A DNA stretch of 64,000 nt from a virus. The notes beneath the pieces were generated by a model. It saw only the letters and a program-made list of their open reading frames with translations. It made no database searches and had not been told where the DNA came from. A program made the translations under genes and the position numbers. Where the stretch lies: the IMG/VR virus record IMGVR_UViG_3300031759_000010; one strand, written 5' to 3'. Positions 10,301-19,546 of the stretch are shown in pieces (the first letter of the stretch is position 1; each line of letters opens with the position of its first letter).

Positions 10301-11630
10301 ATGTCGGTGTGGCGGCAACCTGATAAAAACCATCCACTAAATCGCTGGAGGAGGCATAAATTCCAATCATGCTTCCAGCAGATAATCCGTGGGCGGTTGT
10401 CGTGGTGACAAGGAGTTGCGTATACAGCCCCCCCACCAAGGTCTGCGCTGTAACGGTGGAGATGGGAACATTGATCGTGGTGTTGGTGTTAAGAATTGAC
10501 ACCATGCCGTTCTGAACAGGACCAAATGCTCCGGGGTTGGAAACGGTGATTACGGCCCCGGTGATTGAGGCGCTGCACGAGATGATGTTGTAGCTGAACG
10601 CTGTCGCTTGACACGTTACATTCAAATACACCGTATTGATGTTTGCCACGGAAAACGTCGCAGCCCCTCCGGCAGACACGACATTTCCGGTTATCGTATT
10701 CGAGTAGCTGTTCAAGGGTATCCATGTGACCCCAGAGTCCAGGCTATACTCATACGTCGCCGTAGCGTTGCCGTTGGCGTTGCTGGAAAATGAGAAGCTT
10801 ACGCTTCCAAACACCTGCACGGTGACGGTCTGTCCAGACACCGGAACCAGAGAAGGAAAACCATAAACATTTGCTCCCGCCTGCGGGCCCACGCTCCCGG
10901 GAACGCTTATCGAAACAGAAGAAATGTTCGTCGATGATGTTGGGGTATACTGAGAGCCTCCTCCGCCAGCCGGAGATATCTGCGAAAACTGACTGAAATC
11001 CGTAACCATAGAACCGGACGATGCGTTAAGGGTTTCAATGTTCGACCACCCCCACCCGGTCACGCTTGCTGATACGCTGTACGGGTTTGATATATTCGCA
11101 AACGAGTCGATCATCGACAGAAGCGGCGCATACGGAATAGAGTTCACCGTATACGGAGACATGTCGATGCCTGTCAACTGTGAAGCTGAAAGGCTGCCGT
11201 TGTCTTTGATTGAAACGCTCTGGTCGTAGATGAACAGGTATGGCTGGCTGGTCTCAAAACAGGCAGTAATCAGGGAATCGAATGGCTTTCCAGACATCCC
11301 TGAGTAAATAGACGTGTAGCTTCCCTGAGAGTTTCCGGAGATGCGGTAAAGACTCCCGTCAGATGTCCCCGCATACCGCCACGCGCTGCCTTGATAGGTC
11401 AGCCGGGCAAGCGATGTCACAGGGTATGAGAAGTAGTAGTTGTTGGCGGTGACGGCGTTGCGATTGATCACAAGCGTACCGTACCGCGAGGACATGGACG
11501 TCTCTTCGCGAACCTGACAGTTCAGGGTCGTCAGATATGTGTACTCGGGAGCGCGGTCCGTGATATCCCGCGCAATCAAACCCTTCGATGAATAAAGGTA
11601 CGATACCGGCCGGTAGGCTGTGTCTGTCAT
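7302..11630 (-). CDS. very large tail / host-recognition-size structural protein (1442 aa)
   Basis: Longest ORF in the window, S/T/G/V-rich central region, sits in the late operon. Function is inferred from size and position only. Confidence 0.7.
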   Translation of the reverse strand: MTDTAYRPVSYLYSSKGLIARDITDRAPEYTYLTTLNCQVREETSMSSRYGTLVINRNAVTANNYYFSYPVTSLARLTYQGSAWRYAGTSDGSLYRISGNSQGSYTSIYSGMSGKPFDSLITACFETSQPYLFIYDQSVSIKDNGSLSASQLTGIDMSPYTVNSIPYAPLLSMIDSFANISNPYSVSASVTGWGWSNIETLNASSGSMVTDFSQFSQISPAGGGGSQYTPTSSTNISSVSISVPGSVGPQAGANVYGFPSLVPVSGQTVTVQVFGSVSFSFSSNANGNATATYEYSLDSGVTWIPLNSYSNTITGNVVSAGGAATFSVANINTVYLNVTCQATAFSYNIISCSASITGAVITVSNPGAFGPVQNGMVSILNTNTTINVPISTVTAQTLVGGLYTQLLVTTTTAHGLSAGSMIGIYASSSDLVDGFYQVAATPTSNTFTIPFTSATIIGATGGYVTGGASSPYACALSNQYTTPYPSQMTAWGFYQWVPVGSTVSAAITSYSVSAGNVVSFVTASNSFVSGQVVLIAGLSTTIGLQMNGLLFTVASTGSTFTASNSSFTPGAVGSTSDSGTASSTLNSFPIGAWSGTVAASSGSTPTTGTISRTVALDLNQNNQVTDDDLIVLTLLTSAPINVSQIQLQFWVGASNLGNPVNYYTKFISPAYYQQAVAETQLAYSATEQQILADSLNLVTGQPPGSISAQIQPSNISSGAGSWSACYMRRGDFLPVGQAGQPGLNWSNVTGWTLGVTTNTNTGGVTFSVNGLYLQWGYGLSSFAGVGYDYRQTYYNANTGTESSPCPEQTFNEDFGYLASTDPLTVLRQAVRVTGQYSSDPQVTHVRNYRRGGVLSQDWVQVGQIPNITGGGQYVFKDVISDSYVGQAQILVEDNDPPVTSSLVNPIQTTLALSTTQAGLNSAYSTFSPQAVTVNGVYSGLVVNQIVIVGNPSNLEEVAITQVGGTTSTTTTFYAILRLKHNQGEPVNVYAVPRQPCNLCALAYNRVWLAGDKNNPGYLYFSKPGQPENFGPENYLNVSTPSDPINAVINWRGTLFVGTLTTWYVIQGGANPIAQPTGSQHGIVAQQGWTQTEGAIWYRAADGLREFKGSEGAYMSLPVEWVYRNNPLTPLPLADNSQAANDVMCYYNNEVYVSYISLSGLRYRLIYDTVYKRFRNDSLPMTAMLWERDTNTFLGSYLISAGNYAIVQDQVYSMDYDDGGWYSGYLLKNPINIAIQMPYQDLGKPHYPKQWNVIETDVNTQGQVMTTSLTFDDGSVTVPLATASTTSRQKVQLEVNAGLGQQGYRMSLTHTMPVTVAPILYQENVYAAELAAFRYTFDTYWILGGTELNKLVKQCVFDYTSALAVTFGLYADGSTVPYYTFTLPAEPGRATVRVRFPAIKLRDFRMVGNIASGSTGFQMWQSPQLWWKACLESVGYKQADLTT

Positions 11631-12739
11631 TTCTTTACCCCCATCGCCGCTCCCTGCTCACCCTCGAAAAACCTCTGTACGATAGCAATCCCGCGATCCA
11701 CTCTCATCTTGCAATACCCCGCGCGTTGCGGAGAAGCCCATATTCCATCCTTCGAACAGGCATACTCCAGCGCCTTCCATTTCGCCAGATACACCAAGCA
11801 GTCAGGAAGAACGAACCCGTCAGCCAGGGTCAGTGTGTCGTTGTCGCGGATGCTGTACGTCAGGTTTATGGGAAAATTACTCTGCGGCTTCGCGTTCAAG
11901 CCCCACTTATAATTCCCAGCCCTATCCTCAAACCAAGATGTCGGCGGGATAAACGTATCGTTCCTCCATGTCCTCTCCTGCATTGTCTGCTCCTCCTGGG
12001 TAATCTCATAGAGGCGGTTAAACAATGCGAAGGATGCCGTAGCCGATGATGCCGATCCATATTGGATATAGGTTATTGTCGTCAAGGAAACGACAGAGGC
12101 GACACTGAACGCACCCAGGAACGACGTATCGGGAGACGACGCGTAAACCGTGAACGTCTGCCCTTGAGTCATGCCGTGATTATAAGGAAACACGGCGGTC
12201 ACGGTTCCCGTTCCGTTCCTTGTCAGAGCAACCATTGTCAGCGATTGCGTGGACAAGGACACCCGCTCCATCTCCACCATGTTCGCCGGAGAACTCTGGA
12301 ATATCTGACCAAACACAGCCGTCGCCGGAGACTGCGAATACACCACGGGGAGCTGGGAAAGAATCTCATTTTGGGCGCGAGACAGGTAGCTTAAAAACTC
12401 GGCCTGGGTGTAGATTGGATCGGTTGCCTGCTGAAGCGGCCAAGTGGCCCCACTGACCACCACTCCGGCGGCATGAGCATAAACAAAACTTGCAGATACA
12501 GTGCTCGAAGACACCGCAGTCAAGGTGATAACCTCGTTGCCGTTCGTCGCATCAGTGACCAGAAGTTGAGCCCCCACATACACCGCATATGTGGGGATCC
12601 CAAAAGACGACAACGCAAAGACATTTGGACCCACCGTTACAGGATTGGACAATGTTGCATAGACTATCGGCTGAACGAGGTGAAGAGAGCACTCGATCAA
12701 AACATCGTTCGCCAGCCTGTATCCATTGCCGGGGATCAC
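11627..12739 (-). CDS. hypothetical virion-operon protein (370 aa)
   Basis: Track ORF, 4-nt overlap with the downstream gene. Confidence 0.6.
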   Translation of the reverse strand: MIPGNGYRLANDVLIECSLHLVQPIVYATLSNPVTVGPNVFALSSFGIPTYAVYVGAQLLVTDATNGNEVITLTAVSSSTVSASFVYAHAAGVVVSGATWPLQQATDPIYTQAEFLSYLSRAQNEILSQLPVVYSQSPATAVFGQIFQSSPANMVEMERVSLSTQSLTMVALTRNGTGTVTAVFPYNHGMTQGQTFTVYASSPDTSFLGAFSVASVVSLTTITYIQYGSASSATASFALFNRLYEITQEEQTMQERTWRNDTFIPPTSWFEDRAGNYKWGLNAKPQSNFPINLTYSIRDNDTLTLADGFVLPDCLVYLAKWKALEYACSKDGIWASPQRAGYCKMRVDRGIAIVQRFFEGEQGAAMGVKK

Positions 12740-12764
12740 CTTGCACCTCGAATGTCAGTTGCGG

Positions 12765-13121
12765 TTAGAGACTGGCAACCGTCTCCGGCATGATCAGCCT
12801 CTGCTTCTCGGAGTTGGTAACCTCGGGAAAAAGCGGAGCGCCTTCCTTTTCCTCAGCGCTGACCGCATCGGGGTGCTCTGCCAGATATGCCTCCTTGGAG
12901 GCCGGGAAGTGCCCCTTGCCGCCACAAAGATTGCAGGTGGACTCCATGGTTCCAACAGATCCGCCAACCGAAACCACTGTCTTCCCCTTGCCATCACAGT
13001 TCAGGCAAAGAGCCACATAGCCACGGTCAAAACAGTGCTGACAAAACACATGGCTCACTCCCTGGTTGGGAAGGCACAGTCCACACTTACTGACCGGCCC
13101 ACGATAATCGCTCAGATTCAT
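12765..13121 (-). CDS. DnaJ-type CxxCxGxG zinc-finger protein
   Basis: CQHCFDRG, CLNCDGKG and CNLCGGKG repeats match the DnaJ cysteine-rich-domain pattern. Confidence 0.6.
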   Translation of the reverse strand: MNLSDYRGPVSKCGLCLPNQGVSHVFCQHCFDRGYVALCLNCDGKGKTVVSVGGSVGTMESTCNLCGGKGHFPASKEAYLAEHPDAVSAEEKEGAPLFPEVTNSEKQRLIMPETVASL

Positions 13122-13133
13122 ACTTCCTCCTCG

Positions 13134-13832
13134 TTACCTTTGATCCGGAGCCTGTCCCCGGTCTGCTGCCGCGCCAACCCCGCGCGTGAAAATGTAGGGG
13201 TCGCGGCGATCCTCGATGGCGGTCATGCGCTTCATATCCGCCAAGAACCCATCATACAGGCTGATGGCTGTCTGAAACTCAATTCCGCTCTCCTTGAAGC
13301 GAAGGTAGTGGGCGGCATACTTCTCTACCGCCTGGACGAATTCATCGTGAAGATTGATGGTCTGGGTACCCAGGAACGGCCACGCCGTCTGTATGGGGCT
13401 CTGGATGCCGGTAATGGTCACATTCTGAGCCTGTGGGACACATGGCCACACGAAAAATTTGGTGAACCCCAAGGGCCCCCACCGCATGATTGTCTGGCCG
13501 GGCGTCACGTCATTCTCCCAGTCAGACCCATTCCCCGACTGAAGAAAATCCATGTCCCTCAAGGTCCACTTCCACACCTGAGACGCCGGGCCCTGAATAT
13601 CGGTAATCGCCAACACCCCTGTCGGCATTGTCTGCCAGGGAGTATTGGGGGCGATGGACATCACCTGTGTCACAGTTTGGGTGGGGCGGCCGACAAGAAG
13701 GGTGGCCTCACATAGAGCCTCATTGATTGCGGTGAATATCTCGAAGGACTCGCTCCAGAAAACGGGAGCCCCGCGTACTTCCTCAACGCGATCCTCAACA
13801 AGATACGCGGACTGCTGCACCGTTATCGACAT
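13134..13832 (-). CDS. hypothetical virion-operon protein (232 aa)
   Basis: Track ORF, tight spacing. Confidence 0.6.
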   Translation of the reverse strand: MSITVQQSAYLVEDRVEEVRGAPVFWSESFEIFTAINEALCEATLLVGRPTQTVTQVMSIAPNTPWQTMPTGVLAITDIQGPASQVWKWTLRDMDFLQSGNGSDWENDVTPGQTIMRWGPLGFTKFFVWPCVPQAQNVTITGIQSPIQTAWPFLGTQTINLHDEFVQAVEKYAAHYLRFKESGIEFQTAISLYDGFLADMKRMTAIEDRRDPYIFTRGVGAAADRGQAPDQR

Positions 13833-13834
13833 GA

Positions 13835-14419
13835 TTAGCCCTGCGTCATCTGCACAACAACCTTGTCCCCGTTTGCGCCGTTGATCCAGAACTCCGTCGT
13901 GTTGTACGCATGCGCCTTATCCGTGGTCGGAGTCTGAAAGACATTGAACACATAGGTTCCGGTCGAGGGATTGGTCAAAATCGAATAGGTCTGCGTACTC
14001 GCGGCTCCAGTTGTCCAATCCCTGCCCAAGTAAATAAGGGCGGAGTTTCCCTGAACCGGGGCGACTGTCACCGTCTGGATCGCCTCATTGAGAAGAACAT
14101 ACGCACCACTCGGAACAGAGGCGTTCAAGCCTTTTACCGAGATGGTCGAGGCAGCCGAATTGAGGCCCGTAATCAGACCAACGTTCGGCTGGATGCTGGA
14201 GTTGTAAAGAGTGCTGCTCGTTCCGCATATGATCATCTGCCCGATGCGGAACCCCATCATCGAGGTCAGGGCCAGGGTTGTCTGGGACTGGTTTGCGCCA
14301 GTCACGTTTCCCGCGAATTGATCGTATACCGGCGTAGCTGCCGCGCTCGTCGTCGTGCCAAACAACGGCTGCGCCGACCCATTCAATGTCAACAATCCAC
14401 CAAAACCATAAATCGGCAT
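13835..14419 (-). CDS. hypothetical virion-operon protein (194 aa)
   Basis: Track ORF, tight spacing. Confidence 0.6.
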   Translation of the reverse strand: MPIYGFGGLLTLNGSAQPLFGTTTSAAATPVYDQFAGNVTGANQSQTTLALTSMMGFRIGQMIICGTSSTLYNSSIQPNVGLITGLNSAASTISVKGLNASVPSGAYVLLNEAIQTVTVAPVQGNSALIYLGRDWTTGAASTQTYSILTNPSTGTYVFNVFQTPTTDKAHAYNTTEFWINGANGDKVVVQMTQG

Positions 14420-14420
14420 C

Positions 14421-14750
14421 TTACCGCTCCTTGCGCCTGGGCTCAGACTTATAGCTGGTCCCGTTCAGTACGCCGCCCATGCTCTCTCTCACGTTGTCCA
14501 TGACGCTGGCTTTGACTTCAATCATCTTCCCCGGCGGCACGCCAATTGATGTCCAAACCCCAGACCTGTCCATCTTCTCCGCTTTTTTCTGATAGGCAGG
14601 ATTGGTCTCCCACTTCAACTTGGTCTTCAAGCGGCTCTGGTCAATCGCGAAGCTCGACTCCGGAGAAATAGAATCCCTGGTTGCCTCAACGCCCCAATCG
14701 GAGGCGTTGCGGCGGTTGCGGAGCCCGTAAAAGTCATCAATCTTCGGCAT
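14421..14750 (-). CDS. hypothetical protein (109 aa)
   Basis: Track ORF. Confidence 0.5.
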   Translation of the reverse strand: MPKIDDFYGLRNRRNASDWGVEATRDSISPESSFAIDQSRLKTKLKWETNPAYQKKAEKMDRSGVWTSIGVPPGKMIEVKASVMDNVRESMGGVLNGTSYKSEPRRKER

Positions 14751-15136
14751 CAGCTTCTCCTTAGATACTTCGTGTCGATTCCGCGCTCAACCAGCCGCGA
14801 AGTTACATATTCCCTGCGGTCCCTGATGTTCTTGTACAGCCCAGAGTCAAAGGTGTTTGCCTTCTGGTCCGGAGGGATATAGTTCTCACCGTAAGATGTC
14901 ACGGCGTGGACAAAGTGATACTTCTCCTCAGCCTTGCTCATATCCCTCAAGCTGTTCACGACTATCGGCCTTCCGTTTTCATCGTGAGCATGCTCAAGAA
15001 CCAGGCCCTGATACGGAGAATTCACGTTGTCGGCAGAGTGGTCTTTTCCCAAGCATCCGCAATCGGTTCCAATCCACTCTTTGCCACGAAGGGCCCGGCG
15101 GTATTGTGGCACCTGACATCTATCGCAAACCTGCAT
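14750..15136 (-). CDS. hypothetical Cys-containing protein
   Basis: Track ORF 14750-15247 trimmed to Met 38, whose ATG abuts the upstream stop. Confidence 0.5.
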   Translation of the reverse strand: MQVCDRCQVPQYRRALRGKEWIGTDCGCLGKDHSADNVNSPYQGLVLEHAHDENGRPIVVNSLRDMSKAEEKYHFVHAVTSYGENYIPPDQKANTFDSGLYKNIRDRREYVTSRLVERGIDTKYLRRS

Positions 15137-16146
15137 TACCAACCCTCTCCCAACGGTCCCCATCCACCCATGGTGGCGGGTGAGGCGTGAGTCGCATCCC
15201 AATAAGCCCCGCCGGGGTTGAACATCGGCAACTGCTCCGACTTCCACTCCACATTCTGGCGGTACAGATTCTCATCAGCCCTTGCCATCTGGTCGAGTTC
15301 AGAATTGAACTCCCCCATCAACTGAGCCGCTCTCTGAAGATTATAGTACGGATTCTTCTTGGGGCCGCGCCAGGTTAGCGCCTGGGCTATCGCATGCTTG
15401 GCAACAATGTCTCCGCGAATAAACGGAGGCAGGTTATCGGTATCGTAGACCAGATTCGGAGGCTGTATGTAGGCCGAGTAGGGGAAGCTCTGCTGGATAA
15501 TCGGCACCGGATACATCTCGATGACATAGTTGCCGTATTGGTCGGGGGCGGTCGGAGCAATGCCATACGGAGAGAACTGCTGCGCCCTCCATGGATCAGT
15601 CGAATCCAGGGTCTTCTGATTGAGATTCGTCCACATCCTGTAACCCAGCAACAGGTTCTTCATTTCGTAGACGTATTTGATGTTCCCGCCGATGTTGTAA
15701 TAATACTGGGCAATGAAGTATCCCCAGGTGCCGCTATTCCATCCCCACGGCAGATTTATGGTCAGGGAGGTGGTCGAGTTCACGGCCGTGATGGTGTAGA
15801 TCGGCGCGTTATAGCCAACGCGAAACTGCCTGCCAACCATTGAACTCGTCCAGGTGGTTCCCGTTCCGGTAACCGATTGGGATCCATTCGCCACCGTGGC
15901 TGTGCCGATATTGTAGACCTGCGGAGAATTGACCTGCCCGTTGATCATCAAGCCGAACCAGTTGCGCCGGTCATAGATGACGCGCACCGCCTCGTTCACA
16001 AAGATGCCAGCCTGCGATCCCCCGGTGTCTGGATTCTCTGACGCCACTCTTCCCTGCAATTGTCCATAATTATATTGCTGACTGTAAGGAGGCGAAGAGT
16101 TAGGCAATAATTGACCACTTGGTTGTGGTGGTGCTGGTAACGGCAT
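15136..16146 (-). CDS. hypothetical virion-operon protein (336 aa)
   Basis: Track ORF. Confidence 0.6.
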   Translation of the reverse strand: MPLPAPPQPSGQLLPNSSPPYSQQYNYGQLQGRVASENPDTGGSQAGIFVNEAVRVIYDRRNWFGLMINGQVNSPQVYNIGTATVANGSQSVTGTGTTWTSSMVGRQFRVGYNAPIYTITAVNSTTSLTINLPWGWNSGTWGYFIAQYYYNIGGNIKYVYEMKNLLLGYRMWTNLNQKTLDSTDPWRAQQFSPYGIAPTAPDQYGNYVIEMYPVPIIQQSFPYSAYIQPPNLVYDTDNLPPFIRGDIVAKHAIAQALTWRGPKKNPYYNLQRAAQLMGEFNSELDQMARADENLYRQNVEWKSEQLPMFNPGGAYWDATHASPATMGGWGPLGEGW

Positions 16147-16156
16147 GTCTTACCTC

Positions 16157-17062
16157 CTATCCTGCCACTACTTGAAGTTTACCGCACATTACCAGAAAAC
16201 CAATCTTTTCAGCTTCATGATGAAGCTTCTTGTGCTCCGAATTTGTAACTATCTTAAAGTTCTCCACGCGGTTGTCCTGGTGATCTCCATTGATGTGATG
16301 GATATGTTCGCTAGGCTTTAGTTTTCTTCCGATATGGACCTCCATGATATACCTATGCTCTGGAATCCATTTCCCATCCTCCGCCCTAACGCACCACTCG
16401 TTACTGCTTGGCCACCACCTGCGAGATCCAATTGTTCCGCTCGAAAGGCTTGATTGGTACTTCCCTTGGCACTCCTTACCGCAGAGCATATTATTCCTCT
16501 TCCACGACTTGCTCCTGTCTTTAGGTATAGGATTCCCGCAGTATATGCACTTCTTTTCCGGGTAGGCGTCATGCCACTTTTGCTCTGCAATCCTCTTCTT
16601 CAACAGCACCGCGCACCGCACCTTACAGCACACCTTTTCCGAGGAAGGTATAACATCGAACTTATCCCCACACTCCACACACTCGCGGGTTTCAATCTTT
16701 CTCATAATCACAGAACGGCACTTTCTGCTGCATGTTTTTCTTAAGTTATCCTCACACTGGCTTATCCAAAAACTACCCCCGCACGCGAGGCACTTCTTTT
16801 CGATCTTCTTGCCGCTTCCCGGCCTGTATAGGCGACGATAATTGCGATTCGCGCAGGATTTGCTGTGATACTTCCTCCTTCCAATATGGCTCGGAACAAC
16901 GCGCATCATAACCCCGCATCCCAAGCATGGAATCTCGACACTATTTCTTGCCCTCCACCTATAAGAACACGACTTACCGCAAGTGGGGCGATCTGCATCT
17001 CTTTCGGCAACAATAAAATTGTTACCACATACCTCACAGCGTTTTTCTACCATCTTAGCCAT
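16157..17062 (-). CDS. HNH homing endonuclease with five tandem CxxC...CxxxC zinc-ribbon modules
   Basis: C-terminal HIHHINGDHQDNRVENFKIVTNSEHKKLH (HNH). N-terminal repeats CEVCG..CGKSC, CLGCG..SKSC, CLACG..CSRKC, CVECG..CKVRC, CIYCG..CGKEC. Confidence 0.8.
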   Translation of the reverse strand: MAKMVEKRCEVCGNNFIVAERDADRPTCGKSCSYRWRARNSVEIPCLGCGVMMRVVPSHIGRRKYHSKSCANRNYRRLYRPGSGKKIEKKCLACGGSFWISQCEDNLRKTCSRKCRSVIMRKIETRECVECGDKFDVIPSSEKVCCKVRCAVLLKKRIAEQKWHDAYPEKKCIYCGNPIPKDRSKSWKRNNMLCGKECQGKYQSSLSSGTIGSRRWWPSSNEWCVRAEDGKWIPEHRYIMEVHIGRKLKPSEHIHHINGDHQDNRVENFKIVTNSEHKKLHHEAEKIGFLVMCGKLQVVAG

Positions 17063-17169
17063 GAGGTTATTTTACAACAAAACAATTACTCCTGAGGCAT
17101 GTTTCGTCCTCATACACCAAGGGGCTGACCGCTTATCGCAGCCAGCCCCGAAGCGGTTAAAGATGCCAG

Positions 17170-17544
17170 TTAGTAGCCGTACACGATCAGACCAAACGGG
17201 AATCCGCTGAGATCGGTGCTGGCCGAAACTTCCGGCTGCAATCCGGCAGAAGACGCATCGCCATACGCGCTAACCGCGAAGCTCGTGCCTGTCGGCTGCT
17301 GACTCGTGTAGAAGGAGGAGGGCATGTTGACCATGAAGTCATATGATCCACCGGACACATACTTCTGGCCCAACAACTGAGCCCCAAAGATGTTTCCGTT
17401 CCCAAATCCAACCTGGGTCGGAGTGATCACCCACCCGCCAGTCGGATAATCCGAGACTGCCGGAGCACAGGTGACCATCTGTGCCTTCATCGAGGGCCCC
17501 ACATAGAACAGGGTATCGGGAACAATTGTGATCGTAAGCGCCAT
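17170..17544 (-). CDS. hypothetical protein (124 aa)
   Basis: Track ORF downstream of the capsid-region genes. Confidence 0.5.
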   Translation of the reverse strand: MALTITIVPDTLFYVGPSMKAQMVTCAPAVSDYPTGGWVITPTQVGFGNGNIFGAQLLGQKYVSGGSYDFMVNMPSSFYTSQQPTGTSFAVSAYGDASSAGLQPEVSASTDLSGFPFGLIVYGY

Positions 17545-17553
17545 GACTTCTCC

Positions 17554-18438
17554 TTAAATCTGTTGCAACGCCGGGTTCAGAAGCACGTCGCAGGTGGTGT
17601 TGGTCGAAAGATTGGACCACGCCACGCCGAGGTAGTTCTGATACGGGTTGGCTGTTCCCTGGGCTGTGCGTACCACCGTAAACGCGTTCGTCGATGTCAC
17701 CGACATAGACAAAGAGTCTCCGATGACCACCGAGGCCACAGCCGAAACGTTTGGCACCAGTCCGCCGACCGCGATCCAGCACCAGTTGCCATTCAAGGCA
17801 GCCGCTGTTGCACCAGAGGTCGTGTTGGCCAAAAGAACCCCGGCGCATGCGTTCGGGATCATGGCGGCGTTGTTGGTTGTTACGCCATACGCTTCGTTCG
17901 CGTATCCAGAAACCGTCGTGCATGTCGAGTCGGTGTAGTAAACACCGGCCGAGTAGGCCAGCAACGTCGGGTTGTTCTGGCTCGAATAGCGCACATACTT
18001 CACAACCGGAGGAACGCCGTTCGGAACCTTGGAGCCAAAGAAGCAGGTCAACTGGGCCAAGGTAACGCTGGTCGTCGTCGCCTTTGAGAGCGTCAGGGTT
18101 GTCGTGCTCGGGATGGCCGCAATCGTGGTGCCGGTAGGCACACCGGATCCGGTGACCGTCATTCCGACAGACAACTGGGTGGTGTTGGTTACGGCCGTCA
18201 CGTTCACGGATGTGCTGGTCGTGCCAAGCACCGTGGTTGCCGGGGCATAGTTCGTGCTGAACCCGGAGTATTGGGTGAAATACTGCCACGGAAGGCCAGC
18301 ATACACCGCGCCCGGAGGATTCAGTGCGCCATTCGGCCACTGGGTTTGGCTGGTCTGGCTGCCGGTCGCCACATAGGGGTCGATGGCGGTATACAGGTTT
18401 CCAGTCGAGATATTCGGGAAATCAATTCCGTAGCTCAT
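17554..18438 (-). CDS. hypothetical T/S/A/V-rich virion protein (294 aa)
   Basis: Track ORF directly downstream of the capsid-like gene. Composition suggests a surface/decoration protein; that is inference only. Confidence 0.55.
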   Translation of the reverse strand: MSYGIDFPNISTGNLYTAIDPYVATGSQTSQTQWPNGALNPPGAVYAGLPWQYFTQYSGFSTNYAPATTVLGTTSTSVNVTAVTNTTQLSVGMTVTGSGVPTGTTIAAIPSTTTLTLSKATTTSVTLAQLTCFFGSKVPNGVPPVVKYVRYSSQNNPTLLAYSAGVYYTDSTCTTVSGYANEAYGVTTNNAAMIPNACAGVLLANTTSGATAAALNGNWCWIAVGGLVPNVSAVASVVIGDSLSMSVTSTNAFTVVRTAQGTANPYQNYLGVAWSNLSTNTTCDVLLNPALQQI

Positions 18439-18555
18439 TACATGTCTCCTTGAAGGTCTACTGTCCCATTAGTTGTTCCAACTGTTCAACCTCTTCTGAC
18501 TTCTTGTAGTCGAGAAGGTTTTCTCCATCTACAATAGTCGGAACAACAGTTGTTT

Positions 18556-19530
18556 TTAGCCAGTTATACCCGTCAGCACAAAGCCGGTGCGCGGCATCGA
18601 AACAACGACGTCGCCGATAAAGCAAAGCTGTCCAGCGGCCTGCCATGCGTTCGGAAGCTCCTTGAAGCCGGTGAATCCGAAAGCAAACTGCTCCTGCGTC
18701 GAGATGTACACCGTGAGAGCGTTGGTGTTCATGCCGAACAGATAGCCAGCCGGGCAATACTGGTCAACCACAACACGCTGGCCGTTGAAGCGGAACGAGT
18801 TGAAGCCGATGTTCTGGGTGTTGTCCTCGCCAAAGTTATCCATAACGCGCTGCGCCGGGAGCATCTTGGCCCACAGGGCGTTGTAGATGATCTGCGTGGT
18901 TGAGAACAGGTTCGGCTGCATGGGGCCAAACGTCGCCTGACCGTATGCCTTCTGAAGCGTGTTCAGGGAGACGATTCCACCCACGTTCAGGTAGTAACCG
19001 TTGATTCCAGCTGAGGCTCCAGTACCAACCAGCGACCGCGACACGTTGCCGTAGGAGGGATAGTTGGTGCCGTCGTCATATGCGGCCTGTAGGCCGTCCA
19101 GCGCGATGATCGAGGAGTTTGTTCCCTGGCCATCCAGATAGAAGTCGGTAACCAGGTTGGTTGCCATCGCCTGACCGCCGTTCACCATCTGCTGCTCGAC
19201 GTAGCCCATCACACCAGCGCCGCCATGGTTAATGGCAAGCTGCGCCTCGTCGATGGTCACGTTGACGTAATACTGCTTCGGGTTGAAGGTCATCGCAGTG
19301 TCAACCTGAACCTGCGAAATGTCGAAGGTTGAGCCGAAGGTAGTCGCCCCGCCCTTCAGCGGTGCATACTGGAACGGCTGCTGAATCCAGGTGCCGCCGT
19401 TGTAATCGGCTGTCCGATCACCCTTGAACATCAAGTAGAAAACTGGCGAATACTTATAATAGTTGTCCGCCATCTCCGGCACGATGAATGGGAGGGTGAT
19501 CGCATTGATGTTGTTGTAATTCAGCGCCAT
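18556..19530 (-). CDS. putative major capsid protein
   Basis: 324-aa ORF directly downstream of an acidic coiled scaffold-like gene, in portal-scaffold-capsid order. Called from position and size, not from a motif. Confidence 0.55.
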   Translation of the reverse strand: MALNYNNINAITLPFIVPEMADNYYKYSPVFYLMFKGDRTADYNGGTWIQQPFQYAPLKGGATTFGSTFDISQVQVDTAMTFNPKQYYVNVTIDEAQLAINHGGAGVMGYVEQQMVNGGQAMATNLVTDFYLDGQGTNSSIIALDGLQAAYDDGTNYPSYGNVSRSLVGTGASAGINGYYLNVGGIVSLNTLQKAYGQATFGPMQPNLFSTTQIIYNALWAKMLPAQRVMDNFGEDNTQNIGFNSFRFNGQRVVVDQYCPAGYLFGMNTNALTVYISTQEQFAFGFTGFKELPNAWQAAGQLCFIGDVVVSMPRTGFVLTGITG

Positions 19531-19546
19531 TGCTCATTCTCCTTGG

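Noticed and set aside
11147-11156. Fifth copy of the palindrome (CCGTATACGG).
   Set aside because: Only the 10-bp core matches and the flanks differ. It lies inside the 1442-aa coding sequence, so it is probably coincidental.
17339-18340. 333-aa ORF overlapping 17554-18438 in another frame.
   Set aside because: Arg/His/Gly-rich, junk-like composition typical of an off-frame reading of a GC-rich gene. The co-located 294-aa ORF fits operon spacing.
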